Origin: Bacteroidota bacterium | GTDB lineage: Bacteria; Bacteroidota; Bacteroidia; Bacteroidales; GCA-2748055 | Assembly (NCBI GenBank): GCA_030642565.1 | Contig: DAOWNM010000001.1 | Span: 1-28,827, forward strand | Direction: 5' to 3' | DNA length: 28,827 bases | Shown: positions 16,828 through 23,479 of the stretch, piece after piece | How the letters are laid out: every line of letters begins with the position of its first letter | Position numbering within the stretch: the stretch's first letter is position 1 | The notes under the pieces: generated by a model | What the model saw: the letters and a program-made list of their open reading frames with translations, nothing else | The model's database searches: none | What the model was told of the DNA's origin: nothing | Position numbers and translations under genes: made by a program

Positions 16828-17994
16828 ATGACAGAGAACAATATACCTTATTGGATGGCTTTTGCTCATGCAAAGAGATTCACGAACAGGCGAAAGATGG
16901 ACTTTCTTATTGAAATTGTTCATGCTAAGGAAACCATTGGAGATGCATTGAAGAAAATCAAGTCTGGTGATAAACTTGGGTTTACATTTTCCGATATTGA
17001 ATGGGATGGTATTCAGGAAGCGATTGTTGAAATACCTAATTATTCATTTTTAGCAGAAGAATTGACCAATCAAGGCATTGTGATTGTGAGCGTTATGGAA
17101 AAATACGCGTACCCCGGGATATTGAAAGAGAACTTAAAAAAAGATGCGCCAATCGTTATTTATACCAAAGGGAATGCTGATTTGCTGAATAAAAAAAGTA
17201 TTGCGATTGTTGGTTCAAGGAACAGTTCGAAAACATCATTAGACTTCACTGACAGAATCGCCAAAAAAGGTGTCAGGAAACAATCTGTAATAATTAGTGG
17301 CTTCGCTAAAGGTGTTGACAAGCAGGCTCTTGACTCTGCCTTGAAATATCATGGACAAAGCATCATTGTACTACCGCAGGGGATTGACACATACAAAACA
17401 CAAACATACTATCCGGAGGTTATAAAAGGTGATGTTTTGGTGATTAGCACATATCATCCTAAAGCACCTTGGTCAGTTGGATTAGCAATGGATAGAAATA
17501 AAACAATTTATGGGTTAGCAGAGGAAATATATGTAGCAGAATCAGCTGATAAGGGAGGTACATGGGAAGGTGTTATCAATGGTTTAAAAAGAGGTAGAAA
17601 GGTATTCGTAAGAATGGCATTTTCGAATGAGAAGAATGCAAATAATATATTAATTAATGAAGGTGCAACACCAGTTGATTTTGATGGAATTGAAATCAGG
17701 CAGGAAGAACTTGAAAAAATAACTGCAAGTGAACCATTGCATGAGTATCATTCTGCTACAAGTCTATCAGATAAAGAAATAGTCGAAAAAATAATCGTAG
17801 AATTAAAATCAAAACATGGAAAAGGAATTACCGTAAATGAAGTTATTCAGGTTTTGCAATTGGACGAGAAAACAGCTAAAAAACTAAATAGAATACTTTC
17901 AGCAAGTTCGAAACTGAAAAAAGAAAAAAAAGGAAGGTATAATTATTTTCATCTGAGTAGCAGCACTCCTGAACAAAGCAGTATGTTTAGCTAA
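16828..17994 (+). CDS. DprA/Smf-like protein with C-terminal winged-helix extension (PsyrA-like antitoxin)
   Basis: AIVGSRN, IISGFAKGVD, AMDRNKTIYGL, YVAESADKGGTWEG Rossmann motifs; directly downstream of the RecQ-PRTase gene with the same low GC. Confidence 0.87.
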   Translation: MTENNIPYWMAFAHAKRFTNRRKMDFLIEIVHAKETIGDALKKIKSGDKLGFTFSDIEWDGIQEAIVEIPNYSFLAEELTNQGIVIVSVMEKYAYPGILKENLKKDAPIVIYTKGNADLLNKKSIAIVGSRNSSKTSLDFTDRIAKKGVRKQSVIISGFAKGVDKQALDSALKYHGQSIIVLPQGIDTYKTQTYYPEVIKGDVLVISTYHPKAPWSVGLAMDRNKTIYGLAEEIYVAESADKGGTWEGVINGLKRGRKVFVRMAFSNEKNANNILINEGATPVDFDGIEIRQEELEKITASEPLHEYHSATSLSDKEIVEKIIVELKSKHGKGITVNEVIQVLQLDEKTAKKLNRILSASSKLKKEKKGRYNYFHLSSSTPEQSSMFS

Positions 17995-18003
17995 CTCTCC
18001 TTG

Positions 18004-19464
18004 CTAATGCTTTTTAACTTTTCTCTTTCCACTAGTGAGGAGTAACATTGCGAACATAATCGCACCGTTTACAATCAGCAGTTCAAAACCAAACTGGTAA
18101 CCGTTAAACAGAAGCTCGGAGAAGTGACTCAGCAGAAAAGAGAGCAGGGGCGAAAGGATGGCCAGCAGGGGAACGATCCGGTCGCGCACCTGCAGCCTGG
18201 TAAATAGTCCGAATGCATAGAGTCCCAGCAGGGGACCGTAGGTATATCCGGCCACGCGGAAGATGGCCGAGATCACACTTTCGTCGTTGATGACCCGAAA
18301 CAGCATGATTACCAGTCCAAGTACCACCGAGATGGCCAGGTGCACCCTCCTGCGTGCCCGGGTCAGCTTTTTCTCCTCCCACTTCTGTGCCTCCAGGATA
18401 TCTACTGTAAATGATGTGGTTAAGGCAGTCAGCGCCGAATCGGCACTGGAGTAAGCAGCAGCTACCAGTCCCACGATAAAGAAGATTCCCACCACCTGGG
18501 GCAGGTATCCGCCAGTGACCACCATGGGAAAGAAATTGTCGGTGGTTTCCGGTATGGCCATCCCTCTGAATTGTGCAAACTGGATCAGTACGGCACCCAG
18601 GAAGAGAAAGATCAGGTTGACCGGCACCAGGGAGATGCTCATCAGGTACATGTTCTTTTTGGCCTCCTTAATATTCTTGCAGCTCAGGTTCTTCTGCATC
18701 ATATCCTGGTCCAGTCCGGTCATCACAATGGTGATAAAGGCACCAGCCAGGAAGTGCTTAAAAAAATGGTTCTCCTTCTGCCAGCCATCAAAGACCCAGA
18801 TTTTTGCATCCTCTCCTGCCACCACCCTTCCGATCATCTCTCCCAGTGAAAGATCCATGGAACGGGTAATCAGTAGGATGGAGACCACAACCGCTGTCAG
18901 CATACTGAAGGTCTGCAGTATATCGGTCCAGATAATAGTCTTGATTCCGCCACGGAACGTGTAGAGCCAGATCAGAGCGATGGTTACAATCACCGTCACA
19001 TAGAAGGGTATGTTCAACGACTCAAAAACGGTGATTTGCAAAACATTGGCCACCAGGAACAGCCTGAAGGATGCCCCGATGATCCGGGAGAGCAGGAAGA
19101 ATGATGCGCCTGTTTTGTAGGAAAATCTGCCAAAACGCTCCTCCAGGTAAGTATAGATGCTAGTGAGTTTCAACCGGTAGTAGAGCGGCATCAGCAGGTT
19201 GGCAATCACAGCATAACCCACCAGGTAACCCAGCACCATCTGCATATAGGAGAACTGGCTGTCGGCCACCCAGCCGGGTACAGAGATAAAGGTGACTCCC
19301 GAGAGCGATGCACCGATCATGCCGAAGGCCACCACATACCAGGGCGACTTGCGTTCGCCCAGGAAGAAAGCGTCGTTTCCGGCTCCCCGGCCTGAATACC
19401 AGGAGATGACCAGCAGAAGCAGGAAGTACCCGATAACAATGGATATGATCAGTGTAGCTGACAA
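18004..19464 (-). CDS. Sodium:solute symporter family (SSS/SLC5) protein
   Basis: Multiple TM helices; GASLSGVTFISVPG, SIYTYLEERFG, GGIKTIIWTD, GLDQDMMQK, AAAYSSADS. TTG 19464 preferred over the upstream in-frame starts, which overlap recR. Confidence 0.9.
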   Translation of the reverse strand: MSATLIISIVIGYFLLLLVISWYSGRGAGNDAFFLGERKSPWYVVAFGMIGASLSGVTFISVPGWVADSQFSYMQMVLGYLVGYAVIANLLMPLYYRLKLTSIYTYLEERFGRFSYKTGASFFLLSRIIGASFRLFLVANVLQITVFESLNIPFYVTVIVTIALIWLYTFRGGIKTIIWTDILQTFSMLTAVVVSILLITRSMDLSLGEMIGRVVAGEDAKIWVFDGWQKENHFFKHFLAGAFITIVMTGLDQDMMQKNLSCKNIKEAKKNMYLMSISLVPVNLIFLFLGAVLIQFAQFRGMAIPETTDNFFPMVVTGGYLPQVVGIFFIVGLVAAAYSSADSALTALTTSFTVDILEAQKWEEKKLTRARRRVHLAISVVLGLVIMLFRVINDESVISAIFRVAGYTYGPLLGLYAFGLFTRLQVRDRIVPLLAILSPLLSFLLSHFSELLFNGYQFGFELLIVNGAIMFAMLLLTSGKRKVKKH

Positions 19465-19526
19465 GAGGATTGGTTTGAGTTTGGCAAAATTGAAGAAAAT
19501 CGCACGAAGATGAAAATTATAAGTGC

Positions 19527-19534
19527 TATTTTTG
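19527..19534 (+). promoter_or_regulatory. Bacteroidota -7 box (TATTTTTG) immediately upstream of recR
   Basis: Exact TAnnTTTG, 7 nt before ATG 19542. Confidence 0.5.
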
Positions 19535-19541
19535 ATCTCGC

Positions 19542-20177
19542 ATGCATACCTATTCATCAAAACTGCTGGAAGAAGTTGTGGAGGAGTTCGCCACACTACC
19601 CGGGATCGGAAAAAAAACCGCCCTCAGGCTCGTACTGCACCTGCTCAAACAGGAGAAAAGGGATGTGGAACATTTTGGACGTACCATCCTGCGCATGAAA
19701 GAAGAGATAGTCACCTGCAGGGAGTGTCACAATATTTCAGATAGTGATGTTTGTCACATCTGCTCCGACCCTTACCGCGATAAACAGACCATCTGTGTGG
19801 TAGAATCGATCCGTGATGTAATGTCGATAGAGAATACCCAACAGTTTACCGGGGTCTACCATGTGCTGGGAGGGATCATCTCCCCCATGGATGGCATTGG
19901 TCCGGCCGACCTGACCATTGAATCGCTCGTGAATAGGGTTAAAACCGGGGGATGCAGGGAGGTAATCCTGGCACTCAGTACTACCATGGAGGGCGATACC
20001 ACCAATTTCTATATCTACCGAAGGCTCCAGGAATACCCCGTAACCATCACCACACTCGCCAGAGGTGTGGCCATTGGTGACGACCTGGAATATGCCGATG
20101 AGGTAACCCTGGGACGCTCCCTGCTTAACCGGACCTCCTTTGAGGAAACTTTTAAACACAGCAAACATGGAACTTAA
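19542..20177 (+). CDS. recR: Recombination mediator RecR
   Basis: [19 protein letters not shown]...CHIC zinc finger, [16 protein letters not shown], Toprim domain, [18 protein letters not shown]. Confidence 0.98.
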   Translation: MHTYSSKLLEEVVEEFATLPGIGKKTALRLVLHLLKQEKRDVEHFGRTILRMKEEIVTCRECHNISDSDVCHICSDPYRDKQTICVVESIRDVMSIENTQQFTGVYHVLGGIISPMDGIGPADLTIESLVNRVKTGGCREVILALSTTMEGDTTNFYIYRRLQEYPVTITTLARGVAIGDDLEYADEVTLGRSLLNRTSFEETFKHSKHGT

Positions 20178-21402
20178 GAAGAACCTGTATACCATTGGAG
20201 GGATCCCGGTGATCGGCCTGGCACAAAAGCATGGATCGCCACTCTACATCTATGATACTGCCGTAATGATCAGGCAGTACGAGCGGATCACCAGCGCTTT
20301 TTCGGGGACCAGGTTAAGGATCAACTATGCCTGCAAGGCGCTGACCAATATCAACGTGTTGAAGCTGTTCAGGGGACTGGGTTCCGGACTGGATGCGGTA
20401 TCTGTACAGGAGGTGGAGCTGGGACTGAAGGCGGGATTTGAACCCCGGGATATCCTCTACACACCCAACTGTGTATCCATTGAAGAGATCGAAGAGGCGG
20501 TGGAACTGGGTGTGCGTATCAATATCGATAACATTGCCATCCTGGAGGAGTTCGGAGTTAAATATGGTGCAAGAATACCTGTATGCGTCCGTATCAATCC
20601 GCATGTACTGGGAGGCGGCAATAACAAGATCTCCACCGGTCATATCGACTCAAAATTCGGCATCTCCATCTATCAGATGCCCCATGTACACCGTATTGTG
20701 GAGACCAATAAGATGAAGGTGGAGGGGATTCATATGCACACCGGATCGGACATCCTCGATATGGAGACGTTCCTGCGGGCCTCCGAGGTGATGTTCGGGA
20801 CAGCCAAAGAGTTTAAGGAGCTCGACTATGTCGATTTTGGCAGCGGGTTCAAGGTGCCATACAAGGCCGACGATGTATCGACCGACGTGGAGTCTATGGG
20901 CAAAGATCTCACCAAACGTTTTAATTTGTTCTGCAAGGAGTATGGAAAAGAGCTGACTCTTATCTTCGAACCGGGGAAGTTCCTGGTGAGTGAGGCGGGC
21001 TATTTTGTGGCACGTGTCAATGTAATCAAGCAGACCACCTCCACTGTCTTTGCAGGGCTCGATACCGGACTCAACCACTTTATCAGGCCGATGTTCTATG
21101 AGGCTTACCATGAGATTATCAATGTCAGTAAGCCGGGAGGAAAAACCCGGATATATACGGTGGTGGGATATATCTGTGAGACCGATACCTTTGGATGGAA
21201 CCGTAAGATCAGTGAGGCAACAGAGGGCGACTACCTGCTCTTCAGAAATGCAGGAGCCTACTGTTATGCCATGTCCTCCAACTACAACTCAAGGTTTCGC
21301 CCGGCCGAGGTGCTGGTGCACAAAGGAGTGGACCACCTGATCAGAAAAAGAGAAGAAATGGAAGACCTGCTCCGAAACCAGCTGGAAATCGACACCCTCT
21401 AA
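20167..21402 (+). CDS. lysA: Diaminopimelate decarboxylase
   Basis: PLP lysine [58 protein letters not shown] 20167 preferred. Confidence 0.95.
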   Translation: MELKKNLYTIGGIPVIGLAQKHGSPLYIYDTAVMIRQYERITSAFSGTRLRINYACKALTNINVLKLFRGLGSGLDAVSVQEVELGLKAGFEPRDILYTPNCVSIEEIEEAVELGVRINIDNIAILEEFGVKYGARIPVCVRINPHVLGGGNNKISTGHIDSKFGISIYQMPHVHRIVETNKMKVEGIHMHTGSDILDMETFLRASEVMFGTAKEFKELDYVDFGSGFKVPYKADDVSTDVESMGKDLTKRFNLFCKEYGKELTLIFEPGKFLVSEAGYFVARVNVIKQTTSTVFAGLDTGLNHFIRPMFYEAYHEIINVSKPGGKTRIYTVVGYICETDTFGWNRKISEATEGDYLLFRNAGAYCYAMSSNYNSRFRPAEVLVHKGVDHLIRKREEMEDLLRNQLEIDTL

Positions 21403-21460
21403 AATATGAACAACCAGGAACTATCTAACTACTAACTGCGAGCGTAGCGAGCATACTATC

Positions 21461-23440
21461 ATGGATCTCTCCATCATAATAGTCAACTACAATGTCAGGT
21501 ACTTCCTGGAACAGTGCCTGCACTCTGTGGAACAGGCTGTTGACAAGCTAAAGGAGGGAGAGGCTGATGCAGAGGTATTCGTGGTGGATAACAATTCGGT
21601 GGACGGGTCTGTGGGCGAGGTACGTCATAAGTTCCCCCTGGTAAAGATTATCGAAAACAGAGAAAATGCAGGCTTCTCCAGGGCCAACAATCAGGCCATC
21701 GCCCAATCGTCGGGCCGTTATGTCCTGTTGCTGAATCCCGATACCGTGGTGGAGGAGGATACCTTCCGCAAATGCATCGAATTCATGGATTCGCATCCCG
21801 ATGCAGGAGCACTGGGTGTAAAAATGATTGATGGAAAGGGGGCCTTTCTCCCCGAATCAAAACGTGCACTGCCCACACCCCTGGTCTCATTTTACAAGAT
21901 GTTCGGGCTCACCGCTCTCTTTCCCAGGTCCAGACGTTTTGGGAAATACCACCTGGGACACCTCGACAATGACAAAACCCACGATGTGGATGTACTGGCC
22001 GGTGCTTTTATGTTTATACGGAAAGAGACCCTGGAAAAGACAGGGTACCTGGATGAGACCTTCTTCATGTACGGAGAAGATATCGATCTCTCCTACCGGA
22101 TCACACAGGCAGGCTATCGCAACTACTACTTCCCCGGAACCACTATCATACATTACAAAGGAGAGAGTACCAAAAAAGGGAGCCTCAATTATGTTAAAAT
22201 GTTCTACCAGGCCATGATCATCTTTGCCGGTAAACACTTTAGTTCCAGAAAAGCGAGGACTTTCAGTCTGCTGATCAATATGGCCATCTATTTCCGGGCA
22301 GCACTCTCCCTGGCACGTCGCTTTATCAGTCGCATTTACAGGCCCCTGCTGGACGGTATCATTATCTACCTGGGCTATCTGATTGCACTCCCCTTTTGGG
22401 AACAGGTCAGGTTCAATAGCGTAGATTATTATCCGCCCCAGTTCCTCCAGGTGGTGGTTCCTGCCTATATCCTGATCTGGCTGGTCTCCCTCAACTATTC
22501 AGGCGGGTATGATAAACCGATGCGATTTTTTTCCTTTCTGAAGGGGCACCTGGCGGGCAGTGTGATTATCCTGGTGATTTACGCCCTGTTGCCCCTGGAG
22601 TGGAGATACTCCCGGGCACTGATTTTCCTGGGATCGCTCTGGGCCATCATTGGTACACTGAGCATCAGACTGGTTCTTCACATGGCAGGTATCGCCGATT
22701 ATCAAATTGATCTGAACAGACAGAAACGGATGGTTATCGTGGGACTGGAAGAGGAAGCCCGAAGGGTAAGCGGACTGCTGCAGGAGACACAGGCCCGACC
22801 CAATATCATTGGTTTCGTCTCCCCGGTATCAGATACCCCTGCCAGTGAGGGGAACTCAGGCTATATTGGCCATATCGATCAGATAGATGAGATCACATCC
22901 ATACACCGTGTGGATGAGATCGTATTTTGCTCAAAGGATCTCTCCTCCAGAAGAATCATAAAGATTATGACCCGGCTCATAGGAAGTTCGGTGGATTTTA
23001 AGATCGCGCCGCCAGAGAGCCTCTCGGTCATTGGCAGCAACTCCATCAATACCTCGGGCGACCTCTACACCATTCATTTCAACTCCATTGGGAAAGAGTC
23101 GAACCGCCGGAACAAAAGGCTTTTCGATGTGGTGTCCGCGCTCCTCCTATTGATCACCTTCCCCTTCTGGTTCCTCTTTGTGAAGGGTCACTTCAGAAGT
23201 GTGGGAAACACCCTCAGGGTACTTTTTGGATTCCGTACATGGGTCGGATACCTTCATGCAGAGCACCGGGAACAACCCGACCTGCCTCACCTTAAAAAGG
23301 GTATATTGAACCCGGCGGACCTCCATTTACCAGAAACCCTAACACCAGAGAAAATAAATGAGATTAATGTGGTCTATTCTAAGGATTACCGTCTCTTCAA
23401 TGACCTGTTAATAATCACCCGGAGTTTCAGGAAGATATAA
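21461..23440 (+). CDS. GT2 (WbbL-like) glycosyltransferase fused to TM helices, a CoA-binding-like domain and a degenerate sugar-transferase tail
   Basis: SIIIVNYN, VVDNNSVD, LLLNPD, FFMYGEDIDLS, IHYKGES; then TM helices, MVIVG...IIGFV...VDEIVF, and KRLFD...TWVGY. Confidence 0.88.
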   Translation: MDLSIIIVNYNVRYFLEQCLHSVEQAVDKLKEGEADAEVFVVDNNSVDGSVGEVRHKFPLVKIIENRENAGFSRANNQAIAQSSGRYVLLLNPDTVVEEDTFRKCIEFMDSHPDAGALGVKMIDGKGAFLPESKRALPTPLVSFYKMFGLTALFPRSRRFGKYHLGHLDNDKTHDVDVLAGAFMFIRKETLEKTGYLDETFFMYGEDIDLSYRITQAGYRNYYFPGTTIIHYKGESTKKGSLNYVKMFYQAMIIFAGKHFSSRKARTFSLLINMAIYFRAALSLARRFISRIYRPLLDGIIIYLGYLIALPFWEQVRFNSVDYYPPQFLQVVVPAYILIWLVSLNYSGGYDKPMRFFSFLKGHLAGSVIILVIYALLPLEWRYSRALIFLGSLWAIIGTLSIRLVLHMAGIADYQIDLNRQKRMVIVGLEEEARRVSGLLQETQARPNIIGFVSPVSDTPASEGNSGYIGHIDQIDEITSIHRVDEIVFCSKDLSSRRIIKIMTRLIGSSVDFKIAPPESLSVIGSNSINTSGDLYTIHFNSIGKESNRRNKRLFDVVSALLLLITFPFWFLFVKGHFRSVGNTLRVLFGFRTWVGYLHAEHREQPDLPHLKKGILNPADLHLPETLTPEKINEINVVYSKDYRLFNDLLIITRSFRKI

Positions 23441-23479
23441 AAGGAATTTTTGATTATTTTTATAGAAATTGCTTGCTGT

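Larger units (their letters stand above)
14700..18000. mobile_element. AT-rich, probably horizontally acquired two-gene insert (no mobility gene visible)
   Basis: Sampled 60-nt lines inside give 25/60 (15361) and 20/60 (17821) GC, against 36/60 (13741) and 37/60 (18301) in the flanks. The composition shift is abrupt at the alaS stop and at the symporter stop. Confidence 0.7.

Noticed and set aside
16828-17994. Housekeeping competence dprA
   Set aside because: Low GC, linkage to a RecQ-PRTase fusion and divergent motifs fit the defence-associated DprA-like class better. No competence genes are nearby.
14698-18003. IS, integrase or prophage explanation for the insert
   Set aside because: No transposase, integrase, terminal inverted repeats or tRNA target is visible.
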